Part shown: positions 24,761 through 36,800 of the stretch, in pieces | How the letters are laid out: the number at the start of each line of letters is the position of its first letter | Numbering within the stretch: the stretch's first letter is position 1 | Source: Lama glama | Lineage: Eukaryota | Length of the DNA stretch: 64,000 nucleotides | Assembly (NCBI GenBank): GCA_028534125.1 | Contig: CM052818.1 | Coordinates: 10,542,001-10,606,000 of the forward strand | Direction: 5' to 3' | Program-made: the position numbers and the translations under genes | Notes under the pieces: generated by a model | What the model was told of the DNA's origin: nothing | Databases searched by the model: none | What the model saw: the letters and a program-made list of their open reading frames with translations, nothing else

Positions 24761-24964
24761 TTTAGATATTTTTTTCTCTAGAAACAGAGCCAGAATGTGA
24801 CTTCCCACAGCTTATCCACAGATGGGGCATTATCTGAGTCTGGACTGCGTGTGGGAGGTGGGGGTTGGGGCTTGGGGGGTTTGGCTAGTGTTTTCTTTTT
24901 AGAAAACGGGAGACTTCTTGTCCTTTTCTCTCTTTGCCTCCCCTATCTTTCCCTTTCAAAGCAG

Positions 24965-25090
24965 ACAGTGAGCACTGGACAGGAAGTCAGGAGGCCTGTG
25001 TTCCAGTCCTAGCTCCGAAAGGTGCTGACCGCATGATTTGGACAAACCCCTTCCCATCTCTGACATCAGTTTCCGTATTCATAAGACAAG
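24965..25090 (+). mobile_element. MIR fragment
   Basis: 'gagcactggacaggaagtcaggaggcctgtgttccagtcctagctc...catcagtttcc'. Confidence 0.65.
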
Positions 25091-25890
25091 GAGGACGGCA
25101 GAGGTAGCTGATGTCTAGGACCCATGACTCTCAGTTTCAGTGGCTTCAGGAGTCTGTGAACCAGGGAGATCGATCTTTGCCTTTCGGCCCCTCCCTCGTC
25201 CACCCTTGTGTGTGGGACAACGATGCTTCTCTCGGACGCGCAGGGCACAGAGAAGAAGGAAAGCTGTTTTTTTTTGTGTGCTGTATACCAGACGACCTTG
25301 ATGTGATGGACTACAGGATCTGGTGACACTGCACACTCACTACTATTCAACACTTTGCCTGAAAGGGAGGAAGGAATGGATTTATTGACTTGTGACTTTG
25401 ACTCAGGCCTGTGAATCAGGCCTGTTATTATGTGGAATGATTAGGCTGTAGTGGCAGGGACAAGTTAAACTAGAACAACAAAAGACCTCCTTAACCTTTA
25501 CCTGGACACAAGGCCATTCATAATGACTTGCATGGTTTGGAAAACCTAGTCTGTCCTGGAGCACTCGAGATTTCCACAGCTCCGGTAAATGAGCAGGAGA
25601 GGGGAAGACGGATGGGCGAGGGAGATGAAATCTAATCAAATTCTGCATAGTCCTGTTTAGAATGCTGAGTTCAGGTCCCTGTCAAAAAATAGCGAAGGCT
25701 TAGAGATCATCATCATTTTCTTTGGCTTGAAAAAGGAATTTGAAACCGGATACAATGGTTGCTCCCTGAGAAAACTTCCAACTATTTGTTATCCACTAGA
25801 GCAAATTATGCGCTTTCTGAAAGATATTTTCCCTCTTGAAGGAACCATGTGCCTTCTATTAATGTGAAAAGAACTAGATATATGGAGCTT

Positions 25891-25921
<31 letters not shown>

Positions 25922-26242
25922 CTCGCATACACACACCCAGTATCAAACACAAGTTCTCCTTGAAAAGCTAAAATATCTGCAACCATCTCAGGCTTCTCTC
26001 ACTTCTGAAAGATGCTCTTCCCTCTAACCCAGCTAGCTCCCTGCCTCAACCTGATGAGCCATATTTTTAGTGGAATGGCTGCAGCATCAACCATTTCAAA
26101 ATTTGGGGTAGGATGGACTTTTTTTTTTTTTTTCAGACACCTTCCCCTACATACTACAAATTTTAATGGAACTGGATACGGCACAGGAATTAGAAAATCC
26201 CAGAGGATTACAGCTCGAGGAGACTTTATCCATCAACTAACC

Positions 26243-26461
26243 CAAGAGTGACCAAATTTTTTCTTTAAAGGGCCAGATGGCAAATATTTTAGGCTTTGTA
26301 GGCCAGTCAGTCTTTGTCACAAATTCTCAACTATGCTGCTGTAGTAAAGAATCAGCCATGGACAGTACAGGCACGATGAGTTGTGTTCCATGAAACTATA
26401 CTTACAAAAAAGCAAGTGGCAGGCCAGGTTTGGCTCACAGGCTGCAGTGTGCTGACTCCTG
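26243..26461 (-). mobile_element. MER58A hAT-Charlie MITE, full length
   Basis: 'caaattttttctttaaagggccagatggcaaatattttaggctttgtaggcca...ggccaggtttggctcacaggctgcagtgtgctgactcctg'. Confidence 0.9.
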
Positions 26462-27587
26462 GTCTAACTCACTAATCAAGTGATAGAGGCTGAAGCCCAG
26501 AGGTGTGAAGAGGCTCATGCAGGGCCACCTGAGCCAGCCAGGACTGGAGAGTCCTGGAGTGGGAATTAGATGCTCAGTTCCAGGGTTTCCAGTCTGGAGA
26601 CTTTCCTTCAATAGCATGGTCTTAATCCAGTTGAACACATTGATATTTCAAAGCAATTTGTTGTGAAAATTAATTTATAAGCTAGAATGTGGAAACCATG
26701 CTTGGTTAGTAGAGGTCCTGGCTGAGGTGCTCTGAGACTGGTGTGGGGACGTTGGTGACCCTGAAACCAGCACTCCCTTGTGCACATCCTCTAGACACGT
26801 TCTGACCATCCACGGAGTCACACAGGCCTGTGGGAGGCAGCATAAATCCTTTCCATGACTGGGGCCCAGACTTGTACAAATGCACTTGGGAAAGTTGAGT
26901 GGGGTTGATCCCACCATGTTGTTGCCAACATGGCAAAATTTCACTCACTTTTAAAGTTTCTACTTGGATGTCGTGTTCATCAGGGCCATGCACCTGCACT
27001 GGCCAAAGTAAAACACGGCCAAGTCTGACAGTGGGGTGGGGAAGCAGTCTGTGCCTGCTGGGAGTCAGGGCAGGCCACATGGCAGGGGAAGGTGACGGTA
27101 TTTGTGACTAATTTGATCTATCATACCATCTCTGTTTTACAAATGAGAGAGGAGTCATTACATCACATAACCATTCATTCATAGCCGCTTGTTACACTTT
27201 TGGTGCTAAGGAATATGCAGCTGATTTAACTGTATGCAAGCTCTCGTACCCCTTTTTGTGCCCAGCACATGTGTGAATGCTACAGGTGAGGCCGTCTGGC
27301 AGGTGGAGGATATGCTGTGCCTACAGAATGAGGAACATACCTAGGTAGGGCGTCTTAATTTAGAGCCTATAAACTTGAAGCTCGGGGTCATTCAGATTGC
27401 ACTTTTAAAACTGGTAGTACAAATACTTTCTTGCTACTTTTCTTCTACTGTGCCCAATTCCCTGTGTTGGACTAAGGATTCTAATCCTGCAGAGCCACTG
27501 GTATTGTTGTAGAGATAAGATTGCCCTCTGAAGCAGGCGGACGTGTCAGGTTGCTTTGGGTGAAGTTTGAGGAAAAGTTTCCCCCCA

Positions 27588-28390
27588 TCTTATTATTATG
27601 AGCATTTTCAAATATACAGAGAAGTTAGAATAATTGTACGGTGGCCACCAAGCTTCTGCAGCTGCTACTTGTCCTGTCTGTAAATGTCTAAACACACACA
27701 CATTTGCGTGCATATATACATGTGTGTATACTGAGCCATCTGAAAATAAGTTGCAAAGATCCTGATACTTCCTTCTAAATACTTTTGCTGCACCTTTCAA
27801 GATGCTACATCTCTTTAAATAACTCTATTACCATTACTATACCTAAGAATCATTTCCTAAGTCTCCAAGATGTCATTGATAGCCAGTTAGATTTCACTGC
27901 CAGGATCCAATCAAGTTGTATGCATTACGTTTGGTCATGATGTTTCTTTAAATTCCTTTAATTTAGAAAAGGCCAACAGTATCCCACTTCAAAAAACAGT
28001 ATAGGTTTTAAAAAATAGAACAGGACAGCTGTCTTGCACAGTATCCCACTATCTGGATTTGCTTGATTGTTTTCTCTTGCTGTCATTTGTTTTGTGTCTA
28101 GTCTCCTGTCTTTCCTATAACTGGAGGATAGCTCTAAGAGCATGGTGGGATTACCACTAGACCTTGATGTCTAGGATGCTTTGCAGGAGGTGCTTTGTGC
28201 TTGACATTGATTCTTACCTGGAGGCACATGGGTCAGGACATCCCACTATCAATGATCTTAAGTGTGATCATTTGGCTAAGGTGGTGAATGCAGGCACACT
28301 CCATGGTAAGCTTATGTTTTCCCCTTTGTAATTTAGAGTGATACTTTGAAATCTTGTAACTATTTTGTTCTTCATAAACTTTTCACATTT
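27588..28390 (-). mobile_element. Old L1 3' UTR (L1MC4/L1MC5-like)
   Basis: Antisense 'attttcaaatatacagagaagttag', 'caggatccaatcaag', 'ctggatttgcttgattg', 'gatcatttggctaaggtggtg...ttcccctttgtaatt'. Confidence 0.8.
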
Positions 28391-28396
28391 TATTAT

Positions 28397-28572
28397 ATTT
28401 AACCAATAAAAATACAGATGCCAGTTAAATTTGAATTCTGGATGAACAGTGAATACATATTTCATATAGTATGTCCCAGATGTCGCATGGGGCATGTGTA
28501 TGCTCAGTTTTTATTGTGGTTATCTGAAGTTTAAATATAACTATACATCTTGTATCTTATCTGGCAAGCCTA
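28397..28572. mobile_element. MER53 palindromic hAT MITE (left terminus missing)
   Basis: 'aataaaaatacagatgccagttaaatttgaattctggatgaac...agtatgtccc...ggggcatgt...ttatctgaagtttaaatataact...ttatctggcaagccta'. Confidence 0.85.
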
Positions 28573-29064
28573 GACTATATGTTAGGGGAGGGTGTTGTGG
28601 AAAAGGAGGGAGAGGGGAAGGTACCAAATGCTGAAAAGAAACTGGATAGATTTGGTGAGACTACCTGCAGACAAGTTTACACCTAAAGGTTTGGGGAAGC
28701 GTGGCTGGACATGCAGAAGGTGCAACTGCAAAGGTTTGGTCACAGTGATGTGTGAGGTTGATGTGATAGGATGCTCAGCTCATCCAGTGTGTACTCTTCT
28801 AATTCCTACTACATAGATATCCCGAGGTGGGCACCAGTGAAAGAGTGGTGGTCTTACAGTTTTTCTCCAATTTCTCAGTGTATGTCAAACAGTGAAGGGG
28901 CCCTGAAGCTTGAAGTCTGGGGAAGGATTCTTGTCTCTGTAACCTCAGTGTTCATGCAGGTCTTCTGAGGATCTTGTGGCAATGCAGTAAGTCAGTGATC
29001 TGAGATTCTAAATTTCTGACAAGCTTCTGTTGATGCTGACTTCTCAAATGGTCTTCTAGCTATC

Positions 29065-29325
29065 TAACATAGTGAATAAATGAGTGATATTAGAGCCAAA
29101 GAGACCAAGGTTCAGGTCTTGGCTTTGTAGCTATTGATCTATGTGTCCTTGAGAAAGTTACATAATCTTTCTAAACTTCAGTTTCCTCTTCTGTAAAATA
29201 ATATTAATTACATCTAGCAAACAGGGTTGATGCAAAAATTAAGTCAGATAGTGGCTGCAAAGTACTCATCACAATGCCTGCCATATTGTAAGATGTGCAA
29301 TTGTATTTGCTGTTTTTATTAATGT
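29065..29325 (+). mobile_element. MIR SINE
   Basis: 'cttcagtttcctcttctgtaaaataatattaa...acaatgcctgccatattgtaag'. Confidence 0.8.
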
Positions 29326-30034
29326 TAACAGTACTCTAATATGTAAAATGAATAGATGTCTCCAAGCTCATGTATTTTACTCTGTTGGAGTGGAGGAGAG
29401 TCACCCCGATTTGACATGATTTATTATACAGTACACAAAGTACAACAGACAAAGAGGGCAGCTGTCCTCTTACTTGAGTAGTATTTCATCCTAGAGAAAA
29501 AAAAAAACACTTATTTTCCAAGAGAGGACAACAAATTGATAGCAATGAATTCCAAGAAAGGAAAAAAAGCTGAGATGTAGAACCAGTAGCAGACTGGAGA
29601 TCTGAAAAGTAACAGGTGAGGGGAAGGGAGGGGCCAACAATTAGACAAACCGACTTAAATGTGCAACAGTGTGGAGTTATTTGGTGTGAGGGACCAACAG
29701 CCTTGCATCATTTCATAGCCACTACTGGAATCCAGTTTCCCAAGAAAATGAGAGAGAACCGTAACAAAAACTGACACATGAGGACCGTAGAAATTCATTA
29801 GAAACAAATGACACTTGACTTATGATTCTATACAGTGAAGACTTTATTTCTTGGAGTTACTAGATGAATCCTTCCGTTCAGTAATGATGGTAACATGACT
29901 GGACCAAGAGGGCTTCAAGACCTGTAATGAGGGTTGTGTGTTTAGGAAGGCCTGTGCACATGTACATCTCACTGTAGCATGAGTTTTCAAGCCAGACAAA
30001 TGTCAATCTCTGTCCCAGGCACTAGTCCGGAGTG

Positions 30035-30270
30035 GCCAGGGTCAGACTGCCCAGGTTGAATCCTACTTCTACTGCTTATCAGCCATGTGACCTTGGGCTA
30101 GTTACTTAACCTCTCAGTACCTTGGTTTCCTCATCTGTAAAATGGGTGTAATAATTATACCTTTTTCATGGAATTATTGTCAAATTTAAGTAGCTTAAAC
30201 TGTATAAAGTGTATAAAGTGTTCAGTAAATAGTAGTTCAATGAATAGCATCATTACTAATTCTTCTATTA
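30035..30270 (+). mobile_element. MIR SINE
   Basis: 'tgtgaccttgggctagttacttaacctctcagtaccttggtttcctcatctgtaaaatggg'. Confidence 0.9.
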
Positions 30271-30699
30271 TTGTATAAATGATAATTAACTCTTTTTTAT
30301 GTGCCCAACCATAAAAGCACAATGTTACCTATCAGGGATAAGTCTCTGCAAACAACCATGAAGGAGTATTTGCCCCCTATTTTAACCAGAGCCGCAGGAT
30401 GTGTGGCAACTTGAGCTGGAGAGATCTGATTGGTTGAAGCTGAGGCAGGAGTAGAAAGGTAGGGGTGAGGGATGCTTCAGGGGCTAAGCAAGAGCTATGG
30501 AGATGTCATGGTATACATGGAGCCAGATGAATTTCTGAAGGGCATCATCAGGAGACCTGGTCCAGAAGGTTGAGGTTGAGACCAGCTTGCTCATTATTGA
30601 GGTTGAAGGTGAGGCACTGAGCATACGCAGGTTGGGAAACTGTCAGGTAAGCTGAGATGTGCTGAACACAGATCAAGACTGCAGTGCAGATTGTGGTTT

Positions 30700-31512
30700 G
30701 GGCAACTGTCCCTCCAGTTACACAAACCAGAAACCTGGACAATGTCTCACCCTTCATATCCGATTCAAATATTTTTTTGCTTTTACCTTTTGCATTAACA
30801 TTTTCCCCCCATTTCTACCTCCATCTCCACCCTTAACTGAGCCAAATCAGCTTTCACTTGGACTGTAAAAGACTCCCTGACAATCTCTCTGCTTCCATGC
30901 TGGCTTCCTTCCTTTCTTTTCTTCATCCTGCAACCAGAAGGACTTTTTCTAAAATCAAATATGATCATGTGACAGCCTGCAAAAGCTTTTCCTGGTTCCT
31001 AGGACAAAGTTGCAATTCCCAAAAGAGTGTGATCCCACCCCCATGGATTCTTCTGCAGCCCTGTCTTCTTTCAGGTACCTTTCATGCCGTGCGGCAGCAA
31101 CTCTGACCTCACCTTTGTCCTGCTACTCACCGAATGGCACTCAGCTCTTACGGCTGCAGTTGCCACTGCCTGGACCTCTCTTCCGTCTTCCTTTTATCTA
31201 CCTAACATCTTCTTATCCTCCCAATCAGAGTCAAGCATCAGGGAAATTATCCCTGATCTCCTTGATCAGATCAACCCTCCCTCCCCATGTTAGCTCTCAT
31301 AGAGCACCATGAATTTCTCCTTTGTGTCACTTACACAGTTGGAATTGCACATTTACTTGCAGTGAATTATTAATAAGTTCCATGAGGGCAAGAATCATGT
31401 TGGTTTTGCTCAGCAGTATACCTCTAGAGCATAGCATGATGTTAGAAAGTGCTAGGTCCTCAATAAACATTGGTTGACTGAATACATGCATGCATGCATG
31501 ATTGAATAAATG
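30700..31512 (+). mobile_element. L2 3' region
   Basis: 'ccagaaacctgga...cttggactgtaaaagactccctgac...ttttctaaaatcaaatatgatcatgt...taagttccatgagggcaagaatcatgt...ctcaataaacattggttgactgaat'. Confidence 0.8.
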
Positions 31513-34499
31513 GGTACATTCATGAAAAAGCAGAGATTCAGGCAGAATCAGGACATGAAATTGTGTAATGGTATAGGTTCATCGAAAGGCACTGACAGCG
31601 GAGTCATCTCATCAAGATGGCTCAGATCTTTTCTAATTAGTCCCAGCCTCTGAACTCACCTTTCGAACTAAGAGGAGTCTTCACTCTCGTACAAGTTTTG
31701 GAAGTGTGGAAGCTGTGGTTTGATTGGTTCATCTCTGCCTCCTCACCTCAATGTGTGGCATATAGTGGGCACTTGGTGCATTTTTTTCCCTAATGAATGA
31801 ATGAATCAATGCCCAGGGAGGAATCATTCCCCATGTTCTCATCTCATCTACCATTTTACTGTTGGGCAGTTGGGCTGGGATGTCTGGTTTCTATTGGAGT
31901 TTATAGCTGATGCCTCCAACTGTGTCTCAGATCTATCTCTCCTTGGGAAAAGATTCTGAATGGTGTGTTTCAGTGTTTGAGGCTGCTCACAATCAGAGCT
32001 TTGACCTCTCCACCCCATGTCTGCCACATTGTGACATGCCAAATCTAAGCCCTCTCTCCCTGGGGTGAATTTGGACCAGGGCTGTTGCCATTCCCCTTGG
32101 ACTCCAAGCTGGGTCAGGAAGCCTCCTCTCCTCCAAAGCCTGAGAGTACCTCTGTTTCCTCAGTCATCCTGAGGAAATGACTCTTCCGGAAAGAATAGAC
32201 CCAGGCCCCAGTTTCTTGGCAGCCAGACTGGAGGGAGGATGTAAGCTGAGCCTCATCCTTTCTCCCTGCACTTTGCAAATATCTCATTTTTTATTTCCCT
32301 CCAACAACATGTGATGACCCTTTGGCAAGTCCTTAGTGCTAAATTTCTTTTTTATAGAGGCAGCAGTAAAAACTCTAGGGCCTTTGATAGGCAGAGCTGG
32401 GACGTAGAGCGGATGTAAATCACTTGAGCATTGGCTGGATTCGGTTGACAGATTTCTAGGTTCAATGAAACTTTCCTTTCCCAAATAAATCAAATTCTGA
32501 CCTATGAAGGTCTAAGCTGGAAACACTTCTGAAGTGTCTGAATTTGGACTGAGGTTGCAGGTTGTCCTGTCTGGGTGATGGGCATGGATTTTTGAGGTAA
32601 GCACGAAGGAAAAACTTGAGGCTTTTGATACATTTTGCTTCTGGTCCCTTAAATGAAATGGATGCAAAACACTTACAAAGGAAACTGAGGAGGTCTTGGA
32701 ATAATCATGGAGAACTGAACCTAAGCTTTGGTGGTGAAGGGATTTTTTTTTAAATTGTGTGTGTGTAACTATAAACTATATGCATTTGTTAAAGTTTCTT
32801 CACAGCCATAAAGAACAGCTATGACTGGACCCTTATAAGGGGTTTGTATGTAGAATGGCATTGAGAAGATCTTGAAATTTTAGGATTGTCCCTGAAGTGT
32901 CAGTTATCTTGCTGTAACTCAAAGTACCTTGAGGATCAAAGGGACCTATCTATTTGCTTTTGGACTCAGTTTTATGATTTAAAATGGCATATTGTTTCCC
33001 CTTATAACCCAAGTGCCCATAAGCATGTTTACTGTAGGAGTTCCAAATAGAGACTATAAAAGGACACAAGGTGTCCAGAATGGGTAATTAGGAAGGCACT
33101 CCCCGCCACCTCTCACCTGTGTGGGAACCGACGCGAATGGAAATGTGCAGCTTCTCCGAAGCCACGTATCATTCAGGTGGGGGACTGCACTGACACTCAC
33201 TAATGGCCCAGTTATCACAGAATAGCATAGTGCCATTAACAACTGATTATACACATTATTGGGTAGCTCACAGCTAATGGGACCTGTCACAAGATCTCAG
33301 AAGACTGGGCTTATGATCTGTTGATAAATAGATACGTGGTCCACGTGGGTCAGTCATTTCCTAGTTAAGAAGGAAGGAGGAAATGAAGTGACAGCCTCAG
33401 CAGTTCCACACAGACCATGGTGACGTGCCCGGCTGGAGGCTGGACATGAAGCCTGGGGGTGGGCTGAGGTGCAGGCAGTGGATGTGTCTCCATTCTAGTC
33501 CTGCAAATATGAGGGTGGTTGGGGATGAAACAATGCCAGAGAGATTTTTTAAAGTGTGGTGGAACTTCCGCATTCTGAAGGGAGGTGTCCTCTTCCTAGC
33601 AGGTGCCTTGAGAAGCTGGGAGGTGCCTTTGTTCTTGGATTTCCTTTGTAGGGTTTTTTGGGAAGGATTGTGGTATATTCTTTTTGAGTGTCCTCAATTG
33701 TATCAAATCTTTGAAGGAGTCATTTGCCAAGCGTAAAGTAAATGGGGATGGGACTATCACTGCAGACTGTTGTTGGACAATGTAAACAATGGTTGAGGTC
33801 TACTTCCCATCCTTACACAGGTATCTAGGGTGATAATAAAGTAGATCTGAACGTTAGGCCACAAATTCAGGTGTGCAGCCTTATTTTATTTAAGTCAAAT
33901 GATATCTGATTCGGCTCAGATGAGAAATTCAGTCTCATTTTGGTGGAGAGATGGGGATGAAGACATTTCTTTAGGTCCCTCTGGTGGTATCAGTTCACCA
34001 AGTATTATTTGCACCCTAAACCTGTATTGGTTTCTTGGAGTCTGGTGAAAGCAGTACTTCTTTAGCACCCTGTTTTTGCTAAAGCTGGGAGCCTTCCTGC
34101 CTAGGTTCCTTAGGTGCATTATTCCAACTCCCCACCAGTGGCTCTGTCACCTCCCCTTAGTGTCACCACTGTTGCATTGCAACAGAGCCCTGGAGTCCCA
34201 CTCCCCTCCAGTCTCTTCTCAGTCTTGGGAAACCGCTCAACTCAAAAACATTTGCTTCTTTCCCTTTGTCTCAATGAGCTCAAACTTTTAGGGGAAAAAA
34301 AAAGCCAGGTAGGGACTTTTCTGCAGGCAACTTCTACTTTCAGCCTTTACAACCCTCTGCTAAAATAAGGGAACACAAAGAGCCTGACTGCTCTTTGGGA
34401 ACCAAGGAGAGGGAAATGTAGTAAGAACAAAACACACATGAGTATATCAGGATGTTATACTGCTGTGATAAGGATGGTGATGGCAATGATGGTGATAAA

Positions 34500-34660
34500 G
34501 ATGATGATTCATATTGGCATTTCCTTTAGAATTTCCAACCACTTCCTGGCACGATCCCTGTAGTAGGTCAGTGAGATAGGATACTGTGCCAAGAGGAAAC
34601 GAAGACTCAGAGAGGTTTTGTGAATTGGCCAAGGCCACACAGCTAGTGTGGCCACAAGCC
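34500..34660 (-). mobile_element. MIR fragment
   Basis: 'gaggaaacgaagactcagagaggttttgtgaattggccaaggccacacagctagt'. Confidence 0.75.
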
Positions 34661-36629
34661 CTCATTTGTTGGTACAACATAGTTTTCTTTGAAAGAGGCC
34701 ACATGTTGCCATTTTTTGCTTGGAGAATACCAGACCAAGCCTTTTGGGAAAAAGTGACTGGAAGAGATTGCCGGAGTCTTGGACACCCAGGTAACGCAGG
34801 GATGTTAACAGAAGGGATCCTGAGACTTGTTAAACCTGTCAAAGTCTCCCTGCTGTCTGGGCAGAAGGAGACCTTGTGAGTCAGACAGAATTTGAGCCCT
34901 CTGCCATTGGAACTGGGTTCTCTTGGAAAGAAAAGAAAGTTCATTTTGGTGGTATTTTTTCCCCTCTGCATCAGTCTCTCTAAATCTCTGTTGCTCCTTT
35001 CTTTGTACCAGGACTAGCTGTTTACTTAATTATTTTGCCACTGAAAGTGGTTAAGGCAGAAAAAGATCGTGCTAGAAGGAAAGAGAAATGTTCTGTTTTT
35101 TTCAGGGGGACACAGATTTATTTCAGCTTTAGTAGTTCTTATTCAAATTCATCCGAAGTAATTAATGAAAGCTAGAAGGCCTGTAACACACACGCTCGCA
35201 CACTTACACACACACACACCCCTTCCTAGGATTTCTTCACTCTTACTTGAATTATGTTGAGCTGTTTGGTCTATTGGTTCAGTACCCCAAGCCTAGTGCA
35301 GTATTGTCATCCCTTGCTTTACAACACAGTCATTATATCCCTAAACCACATTGTGATACACAGTGCCTTCTGTTTACGACTCCCGAAACTCCCACTCCAT
35401 ATATCACCTGCCATAAAACCCATCAAACTGCTGCTACTAAAATGGTGCACAGTGGTCTAAGCAGGAGCCAGGCAAATTGTGTGCTACCCTACTGTGGTTA
35501 ATGAGAGTGAAAATGTGGTTAGGATTTTATTCAGGCGATGTTCATTTGCAGGGCCATTGTAGTGAGATGGCAAAGAAAGATTCTTTTGTTAACTTGAATA
35601 ACAATATATTTTGTATTGTATGAAGTGGCTCAGTACAGAGTTTGCCAAGTTATTTGTCAATTGTAAATAAGTCATACTGTGACCTTGAATGACTAGGTTT
35701 TTATTGCTTGGGGGGTCTCAAAAACTAATTAATATACTGAGATTGTGATATTGAGTATCAGAAACCTGTTGCCAGATTTGGAAGTACAGTAGTGCAATTC
35801 AACTCTAATAATGACCCAAAAAAGTTAAAATAGAAGGCCTCTTTTCTGTAGAATAGATGCACAATGTATTGTCTTCCACCTGGGGGATTTTTTTAAAAGA
35901 AGATGAAGGATAGCGGACAGGGCACTCTACCTTTTGCATGTTTTGCATTCTTCTGAAACCTGCACATGAAGCAGAAAATTCTTAGTAATATTCTGAGCCA
36001 TCACCGAGTCCCTGAAACATATGTGAGGATCTTCACTGAAAAATAATTAAAGCAATTAAACATAGCTTTGTTCTGTAAATAATCCTAATTCAAAGTTATT
36101 CTCACCCCTCCCCACACCGTTTCCCCATCTCCAGCTCATGAGCCAAGACTTTTTGAACCTAGAGAAAGGATTTCTTAAAGTGGCTCAATAAATACAGGTA
36201 TTTTACTCAGGGAGAAATAACGTGAACTTCTCTCTTGTTAATCCATGATTTCCCTCACTGGATCACAGCTTTCTTTCCCTTCAAACAACTAATTTTGTGG
36301 CATGGAAGACACATACTCCTAATGGTATTAGAAAACTTTCTACCACAGCCTTGGTCCATTTATGAAAACTTTGAAGAAAAAATTAGCACAGTGCATATAC
36401 AACATGTCTGATATCATTAACTCATTAATTCATCACTGAGATATGAGTGTCCCCAGAGACTAGTCTGGGCAATGTCACGAAAGCAGAGCTTGTCTCTGGC
36501 GTGCTCTCGCCTCTCTATTTTGATCTTCTCCACTGCTCCCCCCAGGATGATCAGGCTCCTGGAGCTGACCCTGCAATAGCATTGTTATCACTGCCAAAGT
36601 TGGCAGAGACAACCCACCAAACCCCAAGT

Positions 36630-36800
36630 TCTCTACTAAGTGCATCCTATATGTTATTCATTTGACACACACCAAAATGCCGTCAGGTGGGTTCTAGTGT
36701 ATTTCCCACTTACAGATAAAACAAACGAGACCCATGGAGATTAAGCATTATTTCCAAGGTCAAGTGAGTAGGTAGAGGCAGGACCTATTCTGGCCACTCT
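36630..36800 (-). mobile_element. MIR fragment
   Basis: 'cccacttacagataaaacaaacgagacccatggagattaag...tccaaggtca'. Confidence 0.6.
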
